Below, one piece after another: positions 37,574 to 45,775 of a stretch of DNA of 64,000 nt; position 1 is the stretch's first letter; each line of letters opens with the position of its first letter. The notes below the pieces were generated by a model that was given only the letters and a program-made list of their open reading frames with translations, was not told the origin of the DNA and made no database searches. Both the position numbers and the translations under genes were made by a program. Source of the stretch: a virus; the IMG/VR virus record IMGVR_UViG_3300032011_002687, positions 3,419 to 67,418 of that record. One strand, given 5' to 3'.

Positions 37574-38935
37574 TTATTCAAACCCCTCACCATCGAAATC
37601 TTTCTTCTTTTGAGCCAAGGTTTTACGAAGATACTCATCTGCATTATTCATTTTACCTTGTACTTCTTTACCACCTTGAGTGTTGGTATCATATATTTGT
37701 ATGAAACCTGTGTTTGTGTTGATGGTTGCTGGGAAAGTGATTCCATCAGGTCCAAATCTGTTTTTAATGACATGGAATCTACCTGTATTTGCTATCTTAT
37801 CCTCAACCTTTCTTGACATACTCATTACAAAATCTGAAGTCATAACTTTAGAGTAATCCTCTGATACTTTACTTGCATCAATTACATCTTCTTCTAATGA
37901 TGAACGATTTGCTTGTGATGCAGTCCATACTGGAATATCAAATTCCCCTGCCATACCACGAAGTTCCTCATAGACATGTCCTATCTGATGTCGTTTCTCT
38001 GTGAAGTTAGATGTTGATTTCATAATATCAGCATAATCCACAATAACCATATCAGGTTTGATACCTTGCAGTTCACATTGTTGTAAATGTGCAGTTATTG
38101 TGTTTACACTTGCAGTTCTTGTTGGGTAATACTTAATGATTAAATTACCTTTAAGTTTACCTATTGCTTTTAATACTTCTTCTTTATAATATTGTAAGTT
38201 ACCCGTTGGTTGTCCACTAACAATTGTATCATATCGTAACCCAACATACTGAGCATTTAACTCTAATGTATAATGGATTACGGTCTTACCTTGTTTAACT
38301 GCGTGAGCACCAATAGCTTGTAATGTCCAAGATTTACCAATACCAGCAGGAGCAACTACAACTCCAAGTTCACCACCTGCCAAACCACCATCCATCAAAT
38401 CATTTACACTATCCCAACCTGTAGGTAAACATTCTCTTGCTTGTTGATTCATCCTTTCATCAAAACCTGTAATGTACTCGTGTCCGATATCTCTCTCCAT
38501 ACCAGCAGTCATCGCTTTATCAATCAAACCCTTGATTTCATCATATCTTTGAGCTTCTAACAACTCAACACTATCCATAATTGCATTCTTAACAACTTGA
38601 TTCTTACAAAACTCTAATGTTTTTTCTTTTACAAACTCTAAATCAGTAGATTCCCTATACCCCCATGCATTTCTCAATGAATCAACTATAGTAGTTTTTA
38701 ATGTAGGATTATCTACCCCATCTATAATAACTTTAATTGCCTCCATTGTTGGTGGTGTTTTATATTTTTCAAAGTAATCTTTAATATTTTTGATAAGATA
38801 TTTTGTAGAATCTGTATCAAAGTAACTTACTTCTAATATATCTACAATTTGTTTTGTAAACTTATTATCAAGCATTAAACTTGTAATTATTTTTGATTGG
38901 AACGATGTTCCGTATTGTACTAAATTTTCGCTCAT
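37574..38935 (-). CDS. dnaB: Replicative DnaB/gp41-like helicase
   Basis: APAGIGKS, YTLE, IVDYAD, WTASQANR, KNRFG. Confidence 0.93.
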   Translation of the reverse strand: MSENLVQYGTSFQSKIITSLMLDNKFTKQIVDILEVSYFDTDSTKYLIKNIKDYFEKYKTPPTMEAIKVIIDGVDNPTLKTTIVDSLRNAWGYRESTDLEFVKEKTLEFCKNQVVKNAIMDSVELLEAQRYDEIKGLIDKAMTAGMERDIGHEYITGFDERMNQQARECLPTGWDSVNDLMDGGLAGGELGVVVAPAGIGKSWTLQAIGAHAVKQGKTVIHYTLELNAQYVGLRYDTIVSGQPTGNLQYYKEEVLKAIGKLKGNLIIKYYPTRTASVNTITAHLQQCELQGIKPDMVIVDYADIMKSTSNFTEKRHQIGHVYEELRGMAGEFDIPVWTASQANRSSLEEDVIDASKVSEDYSKVMTSDFVMSMSRKVEDKIANTGRFHVIKNRFGPDGITFPATINTNTGFIQIYDTNTQGGKEVQGKMNNADEYLRKTLAQKKKDFDGEGFE

Positions 38936-38947
38936 TATAACTCTATA

Positions 38948-39136
38948 TTAAATATCCAGATTTGAGTACAAATCTTGAACTTTTTTATCATAAAACTCTT
39001 TTCTTTTCTTATCACGATATCTCTGTCGTGCTTTTGCTTTTATCTCTTCAGCATTCCTCTTATAATGCTCCATCTGCCATTTCTTTTGAGCATCGCGTTT
39101 CTCTTTATCTGAAAAGTATTTACGCTTTCTTCCCAT
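38948..39136 (-). CDS. Small basic hypothetical protein
   Basis: 62 aa, MGRKRKY..., coiled-coil-like. Confidence 0.55.
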   Translation of the reverse strand: MGRKRKYFSDKEKRDAQKKWQMEHYKRNAEEIKAKARQRYRDKKRKEFYDKKVQDLYSNLDI

Positions 39137-40184
39137 GCGTTTTCTCCGCCATAAAGTTTAATCTATTAAATGTTGAATGTAACCAACTATCTAAATTTGG
39201 TAAAGCAGTGTACATTTTATCTTCCAAAAACATTTTTTGGAATTTATGTTTTACTAATCTCTGTATAGGATTCCCACAAATTTCTTGAATTTTTAACTTA
39301 CTACTACCAGATATATTTATATCATCTAAATCCATAAGTTTCTTATTTAAAAGTAACTGGTCTGAAGAATTAGAAATTGCTTCACACAATTTATATTGCT
39401 TCTTCTTAGCATCTGCACTCTTAATAACATCCTCTATGGTGAACTTATGTGGTGATTCAAGCCAAGGAAACAATTTTAAAAGTGTTTTTATTCCTGCACC
39501 CTTGATACCTGGTATCCCATCAGATTTATCCCCATCCATAGTTCTGAATAGTAAAAAGTTTGTGGAACTTATACCATACTCTTTCAAGATTCGTTCTTCA
39601 TCATACATTTTTTTCTTAGTAGGTGAGTACACCTTTATCCTATCATCAACCAATTGTAAGAAATCTTTATCGGTTGACATAATAGTAACATTTTCCTTAA
39701 AAACATGCTTTGCTGAATATCCAATCACATCATCTGCTTCTATATTTTCTGCAGTAGTAACTGTCAATGGTAATAGTTCTAAGTATTCGATTACTCTATT
39801 TAACTGAGCAATCATCATCTTGTGTTCTTGTTCACGAGTTAAAGATATCCCATCTGTTCTATTCAAACGAAGAGACATCTTTCTTCCTGCCTTATACTCT
39901 GGAAATAATTTCCTACGGCGGTTAGACCCACCCTTACCATCAAATACTATGATAGTTCGAGTAGGTCTTACCATATTAATAGCGAATGCAACTGACCTTA
40001 AAAAACCTACTATTCCACCAATGTGAACCCCATCCTCATTAGTAGTAGGTACTGCGGTAAATACTCTAATAAAAGTATTTAAACCATCAATCAATAAAAC
40101 CGAGTCATTTGGCTCTCCACTATCTACCTTTCCGCCAGATTTTTTAATCTCTTCGAGTATAGATAAATGTTTCTGATTAATCAC
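39120..40184 (-). CDS. 5'-3' exonuclease / RNase H (T4 Rnh, PolI 5'-nuclease-like)
   Basis: LLIDGLN, VFDG, EYKAGR, EADDVI, STDKDFLQL, GDKSDGIPGIKGAG. Confidence 0.93.
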   Translation of the reverse strand: MINQKHLSILEEIKKSGGKVDSGEPNDSVLLIDGLNTFIRVFTAVPTTNEDGVHIGGIVGFLRSVAFAINMVRPTRTIIVFDGKGGSNRRRKLFPEYKAGRKMSLRLNRTDGISLTREQEHKMMIAQLNRVIEYLELLPLTVTTAENIEADDVIGYSAKHVFKENVTIMSTDKDFLQLVDDRIKVYSPTKKKMYDEERILKEYGISSTNFLLFRTMDGDKSDGIPGIKGAGIKTLLKLFPWLESPHKFTIEDVIKSADAKKKQYKLCEAISNSSDQLLLNKKLMDLDDINISGSSKLKIQEICGNPIQRLVKHKFQKMFLEDKMYTALPNLDSWLHSTFNRLNFMAEKTHGKKA

Positions 40185-41280
40185 CTAAGACCTCATCTGT
40201 GAACTCTACATCATCAATACCAAGTTTTTCTTTGTATTTTAATATAACCTTTTCACAAATGATACCATAGACATAGTCTTTCAACTCATCATCACTGGTA
40301 ATCAACTCTTCCCAATCCTTTGATAAAAACTTATGGTCTTTACCATTCTGGTCTGTAAGAGTGTACCACGCACCACCTGATTTAACTAACTTGTGTTCTT
40401 TCAACACAGTCAACCAAGCTCCGTAGTTATCGATACCTCTATCAAAGTACATATCATAATCTGCATGTCGTAAAGGTGGACCAAGTCTGTTTTTCACAAT
40501 CTGTGCTCTACACTTCATACCCAATACATTTTTAGCTGTATCTTTGATTTGTCCCATATTCTTCAACCTAATTCTTGTTGAAGCGTGGAATGGTAATGCT
40601 TTTCCACCACTTGTTGTCCAAGGGTCTCCGAACATTACTCCGAGTTTTTGTCTTAATTGATTAGTAAACACAAGTGCAACCTTTTGTCTACCAATCATTT
40701 GAGTAATCTTTCTCATTGCTTTTGATATAATGATTGCTTTTGCAGTAGCCCAACCATCTTTATCAAAATCTGCTTCCAACTCTACTTTCGTAGTAGCTGC
40801 GGCGAGTGAATCAACCATAATAGTTACTAACCTATCTTTGTCTGATTCTCTAACCTTAGTTACGATTTCTACAATCGCTTCAAAAATATCTTCTACTGTC
40901 TCTAAGTGTAAGTATAACATCTTACCCATATCAATTCCAATAACTGACATAAACTCTTGAGAAACTGATGTTTCAGTATCAATATAAACTGCCACACCAC
41001 CTTTCTTTTGAGTCTCTGCAAGTAGATGAGCACCAAGTAGTGATTTACCACTTGATTCTAATCCATTGATTTCTGTAATTCTACCAACTGCAATTCCACC
41101 ATCTGGTCTATTTGAAATAGCCAAATCTAACATAGAACTACCAGTAGAAATAAAATCCTTAATATCGGTAGGTGTATTATCCGTACCATCAAGAAAGTAT
41201 GCTACTTTATTATCTTTGAATTTTTTATTTAAACTATCGGCCAATGTATCGGCCAACACATCGTGTACTGATGATGCCAT
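40177..41280 (-). CDS. recA: RecA/UvsX recombinase
   Basis: GLESSGKS, YIDTE, VDSLAA, FTNQLR, TSGGKALPFHAS. Confidence 0.95.
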   Translation of the reverse strand: MASSVHDVLADTLADSLNKKFKDNKVAYFLDGTDNTPTDIKDFISTGSSMLDLAISNRPDGGIAVGRITEINGLESSGKSLLGAHLLAETQKKGGVAVYIDTETSVSQEFMSVIGIDMGKMLYLHLETVEDIFEAIVEIVTKVRESDKDRLVTIMVDSLAAATTKVELEADFDKDGWATAKAIIISKAMRKITQMIGRQKVALVFTNQLRQKLGVMFGDPWTTSGGKALPFHASTRIRLKNMGQIKDTAKNVLGMKCRAQIVKNRLGPPLRHADYDMYFDRGIDNYGAWLTVLKEHKLVKSGGAWYTLTDQNGKDHKFLSKDWEELITSDDELKDYVYGIICEKVILKYKEKLGIDDVEFTDEVLGD

Positions 41281-41301
41281 ATTTTTTTCCTTATCAAATT
41301 A

Positions 41302-41367
41302 ATAGTGTGTAGTTAGGGAATACAATAACACCCATCTCTACTTTTGTTGTATGTTGCCACACACTAT
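41302..41367 (-). other. Long stem-loop in the ssb-recA spacer
   Basis: Minus strand AUAGUGUGUGG/CUACACACUAU outer stem with inner AUACAA/UUGUAU. Confidence 0.5.
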
Positions 41368-41378
41368 ATTGTTATTAT

Positions 41379-42155
41379 TTACGAGTTAAACAACTCATCA
41401 AAAGCATCACCAGTATTACTTACTTTAGATGTTTCGATTTCAGCTACATTTTCTTTAACGGCTTTCTCAGTTGATGATACTTCTGAATTTGTTGTTTCAG
41501 TAGTTTCCCCATCTGGATTTAACCATTCATTCAATACATCTGTCATATCATCATATGATAATTCTTGATATATCTCTGTAATGTCTTGTTGTGCTTTAAC
41601 TTTTTCCAATACTTCAGGTTCATCTGAGATTGGTGTTTGATTAGGTTTTACACGAATGTTAGTTTTAGGATAACTTGCTCCACTCTCTTCTGCAGAGATA
41701 AACTCAACAACCACATCACGACCATTTACTGGGTCTGTAATATCACCATAATCAGGGTCTGCGATTACTGAAAGTAGTTCTTGATAAACTGTCTTTCCAA
41801 ATCCCCAAAACTTCACACCTTGTGATTCTTCACCACGAACAATGACAGGAGCAAAAGTTCTCATTTTTGCTTCAAGTTTGCGTGATAACTGATAATCTTC
41901 CTTATTACCACTTGCTTTTAGTTTTTGAGCAAACTCTTCAATAGGGTCTGGTCTACCAAAAGAAATTGGTGATAAATAAGAGCGATTGCTCAGATTGTAG
42001 TGAAAAAATAATTCAATAAAAGGATTATCTTTATTGAATGAGTAAGGTACGATACGAATTTGAGTTTTACCTGGTTGTGGTTTCCAAAGACTGGAAGTTC
42101 GATTGTTAGTAGTTTGTAACTGCCCGAGGCGTTTTTTTATTGCATTTAAATCCAT
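41379..42155 (-). CDS. Single-stranded DNA-binding protein (T4 gp32-like)
   Basis: WKP..GK..IRIVP, FWGFGKTVY, DITDP..GRD, acidic tail DAFDELFNS. Confidence 0.85.
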   Translation of the reverse strand: MDLNAIKKRLGQLQTTNNRTSSLWKPQPGKTQIRIVPYSFNKDNPFIELFFHYNLSNRSYLSPISFGRPDPIEEFAQKLKASGNKEDYQLSRKLEAKMRTFAPVIVRGEESQGVKFWGFGKTVYQELLSVIADPDYGDITDPVNGRDVVVEFISAEESGASYPKTNIRVKPNQTPISDEPEVLEKVKAQQDITEIYQELSYDDMTDVLNEWLNPDGETTETTNSEVSSTEKAVKENVAEIETSKVSNTGDAFDELFNS

Positions 42156-42208
42156 TTCATATTCTCCATTTGTTTATGTTCATTTTTCATTTGTTAATCA
42201 AGTGTAAC

Positions 42209-42229
42209 CTTGATACAATAATATATATC
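42209..42229 (-). promoter_or_regulatory. Phage-specific promoter motif upstream of ssb
   Basis: Minus strand GATATATATTATTGTATCAAG; 19/20 identical to 42790-42809. Confidence 0.55.
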
Positions 42230-42269
42230 AATTAAGATAGTTAAAATGTAATTTATTTTAGTTTTTTGC

Positions 42270-42341
42270 AAAAAAAAGGTTCGGTCGATATTTTAAGTTT
42301 ATTTATAAGTGGAAACTAAAATTTCGGTTGAACCTTTTTTT
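42270..42341 (-). terminator. Long hairpin intrinsic terminator downstream of candidate ncRNA
   Basis: A7-GGTTC...GAACC-T7 with extended inner stem (ATTTTAGTTT/AAAC-TAAAAT on the minus strand). Confidence 0.7.
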
Positions 42342-42348
42342 AATTAAA

Positions 42349-42760
42349 GAATTTGGGGGATGTAGGATTTGCGATTACCTACAACTTTTAGCTCAGATTT
42401 TATTACTTCATACCTAACATCTACCAGTTACGATAGTTATTCTTAAATGATGGTTAATCATCGTAGAATCGAGTACAACCTCTATGTCATTGCTTTATCT
42501 CTCTGAGTATAGATTAATTCAGCCATTAAGTGGGATTTCAGTTTTACCCTTACCCACAATGAAGTCCAAGAATCGCTCTTGTTTTTTCTAAAAGTACATT
42601 CCAAATTATATGTCTATAAGGACCGTTACACCTCTACAACATTTAGCAGAGTTCCTGTCACCACAACATTTGGTAGATTACCTTATGGGCTTCTAAGTAG
42701 CACCCATTATTCGGTCAATCCCATATTGAGATAATTACTCTCAATACTTTCACAAAATTC
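42349..42760 (-). ncRNA. Candidate large structured non-coding RNA (~410 nt), family unassigned
   Basis: No ORF of 60 aa or more in the ORF track; many local and long-range helices, complementary ends GAAUUU/AAAUUC, own promoter motif (42790-42809) and terminator (42270-42341). Confidence 0.65.
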
Positions 42761-42789
42761 TAAATTGTCAAAAAACTTTGTATCTCAAT

Positions 42790-42809
42790 CTTGATACATT
42801 AATATATAT
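42790..42809 (-). promoter_or_regulatory. Phage-specific promoter motif driving candidate ncRNA
   Basis: Minus strand ATATATATTAATGTATCAAG, near-identical copy of the ssb upstream motif. Confidence 0.55.
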
Positions 42810-42922
42810 GTATATAAATTCCCAAAATACATTTTTTTTTCAAAAAAAGTAAAAAAAGTTGATATTTATTGTTAATTAACCGATTATGAGTTAATTTCAA
42901 CGCGTTATCTCAGGAGTTTAGT

Positions 42923-43117
42923 ATGAAAACAATACTAACTGGTATACTTTCTTTATTTATTTTCTTTGGAGCAGTTCCGCAAGTGAATGCTATGGATATG
43001 AAAATGGATAATATGGAAGAAGTCAAGAAGAAGAAAAAGAAGAAAAAGAAACTTGGTGGAAGTAAAGGTAAGAAATCTAAAAAAGGGTTCTTTTCTAAAA
43101 TCTTTGGAAGTAAGTAA
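42923..43117 (+). CDS. Small exported lysine-rich cationic protein
   Basis: CAGGAG RBS, signal peptide ending VNA, K9 tract, amphipathic GFFSKIFG tail; GATATTTATT motif at 42861. Confidence 0.75.
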   Translation: MKTILTGILSLFIFFGAVPQVNAMDMKMDNMEEVKKKKKKKKKLGGSKGKKSKKGFFSKIFGSK

Positions 43118-43129
43118 TCTTCAATAAAT

Positions 43130-43161
43130 AAAAAAGGGGAATGTTTAGTTCCCCTTTTTTT
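43130..43161. terminator. Bidirectional intrinsic terminator
   Basis: AAAAAAGGGGAA-loop-TTCCCCTTTTTTT between convergent genes. Confidence 0.88.
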
Positions 43162-43168
43162 GTGCCCC

Positions 43169-43537
43169 CTACTGAAAAATTATTGGAAGTTTGAATCTTA
43201 CTTTTACTGGTCTACCATTTTGTGTTGCAGGTTTGTACTTGGTTTGTTTTACTTTATCAATTACTACTTCATTTAACTCAACATTAAATGTGTCTATTAC
43301 GATTGGATTTTCTACTTCACCATTCTCATTTATTTCAAATTCAACTTCCACTTTTCCAACTGGTTTTATTATACTTGGTGGGAGGTCAAACTCATATAAT
43401 TCAAATGGCCTAATAGGTTGTGGGATTTCAGAATTATTATTCTGCCTATTCCAATCCTCTTGGACTTCAAGGTCTATCTCGGTTAATTGAGCATATAAAG
43501 GTAATTGTAATAAGAGTAAACAAAAGAGTCGCTTCAT
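43169..43537 (-). CDS. TonB C-terminal domain protein (energy transducer TonB-like)
   Basis: Signal peptide; GKVEVEFEINENGEV...KYKPATQNGRPVKVRFKLPIIF. Confidence 0.85.
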   Translation of the reverse strand: MKRLFCLLLLQLPLYAQLTEIDLEVQEDWNRQNNNSEIPQPIRPFELYEFDLPPSIIKPVGKVEVEFEINENGEVENPIVIDTFNVELNEVVIDKVKQTKYKPATQNGRPVKVRFKLPIIFQ

Positions 43538-43624
43538 TTGTTATCTCCGTGTTTAGGATTAAAGGATTATGTTAACACTCGATTCTCTTCGAATCAACTA
43601 TAAATATAATACTACAATTTTATA

Positions 43625-44050
43625 TTATGAGTTTTGTATTTTATTTCTTAAATAATTAAGATATGAATTAACTTTCTTTAATTCTTGTGGGTCTTTTATA
43701 GTTTCTAATTTATTATGTAACTTTCCGTATGCTTTTTGTAAATCTATTAATGCAATCCCTCTCATAGATTTTCTGTAATATAAATGATGTAATGCTTCAT
43801 CTTCTGCTTCTGCACCTCGAACACCAGCAACAGCAGTGACTTGTTCCACTTCGTAATAAACATCAACAACATCTTCTATTTCTTCCCATATGTGTGTTTC
43901 CCATAAGTTTTCCAAATCTAAATCTACATCTAAGGAATCTTCCTCACCTCTTGCTACTTGTAATGTGAAGAATATTATTATAAAGTATTTTAAAATTTTA
44001 ATCAATATCGATTTCAATTGTTTTCCCTCTTCTATCATAATCAGTACCAA
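43625..44050 (-). CDS. Hypothetical exported/membrane protein
   Basis: Hydrophobic N-terminal segment, acidic region, AVAGVRGAEA motif; start uncertain. Confidence 0.55.
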   Translation of the reverse strand: MVLIMIEEGKQLKSILIKILKYFIIIFFTLQVARGEEDSLDVDLDLENLWETHIWEEIEDVVDVYYEVEQVTAVAGVRGAEAEDEALHHLYYRKSMRGIALIDLQKAYGKLHNKLETIKDPQELKKVNSYLNYLRNKIQNS

Positions 44051-44423
44051 CGATTATTGCATATTCACCAGCACCAATTCTATCTGTCCATTCTGTACGA
44101 TATAACTTCCATACATATGTTTCTATTCGTTCTCTACCATCACCATATGGACTTAATGATATTGGTTGTTTATGCACTACTTCTCCGTACTTATCAACCA
44201 TATACAATTTAGTTTTCATTCTATCAACTAAGTATCGTACTTTTACAACATCACCACCCTTATCAGTATCACGCCAAGCTTGGACTGGATACTCATAAAA
44301 ACTTTCCATTTCTGGTTCTACAAAACTTTCATCTTCTATATCTGGTGAAAAGAGAATAAACCCCACCACAACTATAATAGCTGTGATGAGGCCCAATTCT
44401 ATCTTGTTTTCTAAGTTACTCAT
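43998..44423 (-). CDS. Membrane-anchored hypothetical protein (Ig/FlgD-like beta domain possible)
   Basis: TM segment LGLITAIIVVVGFILF; YVWKL...GAGEYAIIV; start moved to MSNLENK. Confidence 0.55.
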   Translation of the reverse strand: MSNLENKIELGLITAIIVVVGFILFSPDIEDESFVEPEMESFYEYPVQAWRDTDKGGDVVKVRYLVDRMKTKLYMVDKYGEVVHKQPISLSPYGDGRERIETYVWKLYRTEWTDRIGAGEYAIIVGTDYDRRGKTIEIDID

Positions 44424-44856
44424 TGGTGTATAGAGTAGGTAGTTCATCCAATTCAAATGTTGTTGAATCGTATTTGTAGTAATAGATTTCATCATTTCTT
44501 CTGTGATGAAATATTGCTGGTTCACCAACTGCATCTATACTAAACTGCCACTCGTTATCTTCATCAGGTATTCCCTCAAACAATGTAACTGATAAGTTAC
44601 GACTTCTACCAATAGTAGTTAACGGATTATAAGGCCATGCTTCAAGACCAAACTCAGTCAATCTTTCAGAAGCCTCTTGTTCACAACCTGCCCACACCAT
44701 ATCGACAAATGCCTTTTCAGCGGTTGCTTCTGCATTATCAACTGTCTGTTGATATCTTGGAATAGCAACTGCTGCTAAGATTCCCAATATGATTGTTACC
44801 ATTACTAATTCAATCAATGTGAATCCTTTACTTGTGTTTTTGATTATGTTCTTCAT
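44416..44856 (-). CDS. Type IV pilin (prepilin-type N-terminal methylation motif)
   Basis: KG/FTLIELVMVTIILGILAAVAIP. Confidence 0.92.
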   Translation of the reverse strand: MKNIIKNTSKGFTLIELVMVTIILGILAAVAIPRYQQTVDNAEATAEKAFVDMVWAGCEQEASERLTEFGLEAWPYNPLTTIGRSRNLSVTLFEGIPDEDNEWQFSIDAVGEPAIFHHRRNDEIYYYKYDSTTFELDELPTLYTNE

Positions 44857-44890
44857 TTTTATTTTCCTTTCAGGACTATGTGTTTACGAT

Positions 44891-45538
44891 TTAAGGTACT
44901 AAAGTTTTGTGTAGTTTAGATGGATTTTCAGTATCTATTACCACTACAACTGGTGCTTGTGCAGATGTACCACTTCCACTACCAGGTATTACTAAATAAG
45001 CGTATGAACCATCCTGAAATGGACTTGTCATACCATTGTTACCAAAGTCTTGTTTGAAATCAAGAGCACCAATTTCATCACCAGCATCATATCCAACTGA
45101 TGTCTCTAAACTCATCCAATCCCCTTGAAGTGCATCATCATCATCACTTGTTGGTGAGAATACATATACGAACTCACCCAACTCTGATGTATAAGAATTT
45201 TTCGAATCAAGGATAGTTTCAACATAAGCCTCAAGAGTTTCATCAGTTTGTGCACCTTCAGCAAGAGTGATACCACCAACAGCGACATCATACTTTTCTT
45301 GACCTGGGAATCTACCTTTACCCTCTTCAGATAATGTTTGATTATAAAAATTGTTAGCCACAGTCAAGATTTTATCAATATTATTCATTGTTTTCTTTTC
45401 TTTAGCTCCTGCACCAACTTGTCCAAATTTTGGAGCAGCGGTTGTAGCAAGTGTTGCCATCATAGCTGTGGTTACTGCGAATTCAGCAAGTGAGTTTCCT
45501 CTCCTACTCTTCAATCTTTTAATAAGGTTTTTGAACAT
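44891..45538 (-). CDS. Type IV pilin-like protein with atypical cleavage motif
   Basis: RRG/NSLAEFAVTTAMMATLATTAAPKF (Gly -1, Glu +5), GRFPG; AGGAG RBS. Confidence 0.8.
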   Translation of the reverse strand: MFKNLIKRLKSRRGNSLAEFAVTTAMMATLATTAAPKFGQVGAGAKEKKTMNNIDKILTVANNFYNQTLSEEGKGRFPGQEKYDVAVGGITLAEGAQTDETLEAYVETILDSKNSYTSELGEFVYVFSPTSDDDDALQGDWMSLETSVGYDAGDEIGALDFKQDFGNNGMTSPFQDGSYAYLVIPGSGSGTSAQAPVVVVIDTENPSKLHKTLVP

Positions 45539-45602
45539 CTTCGTTCTCCTTTTGTTTAGTTTGAGATTTCATCCTTATGATTACATCTTCTATAGCTTAT
45601 AG

Positions 45603-45619
45603 TACAAGAAGTGTACCAA
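45603..45619 (-). promoter_or_regulatory. Sigma54-like -24/-12 promoter upstream of the pilin genes
   Basis: Minus strand TTGGTACACTTCTTGTA = GG-N10-GT, close to TGGCAC-N5-TTGCA. Confidence 0.55.
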
Positions 45620-45686
45620 AGTGGCCCTTTTTTGAAAAATAATTTAATTTATTTTTAAGTGTAGATATTGTGGAAGTTATAGGCAC

Positions 45687-45712
45687 AAAAAAACCACTCG
45701 ATTAAAGTGGTT
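45687..45712 (-). terminator. Intrinsic terminator
   Basis: Minus strand AACCACTT-loop-GAGTGGTT continuing into a T run. Confidence 0.75.
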
Positions 45713-45754
45713 ATAAGTATTAAAAATTGTAGTGTATTATTTTGATACTAACAA

Positions 45755-45775
45755 AATGTTACAGCCTGTAACATT
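45755..45775. promoter_or_regulatory. Perfect palindrome, candidate enhancer-binding-protein site
   Basis: AATGTTACA-GCC-TGTAACATT (TGT-N11-ACA), ~140 bp upstream of the -24 element. Confidence 0.5.

Noticed and set aside
42355-42760. tmRNA suggested by GGGGGATGTAGGATTT on the plus strand
   Set aside because: No T-arm/CCA 3' end or matching acceptor stem; promoter and terminator point to the minus strand
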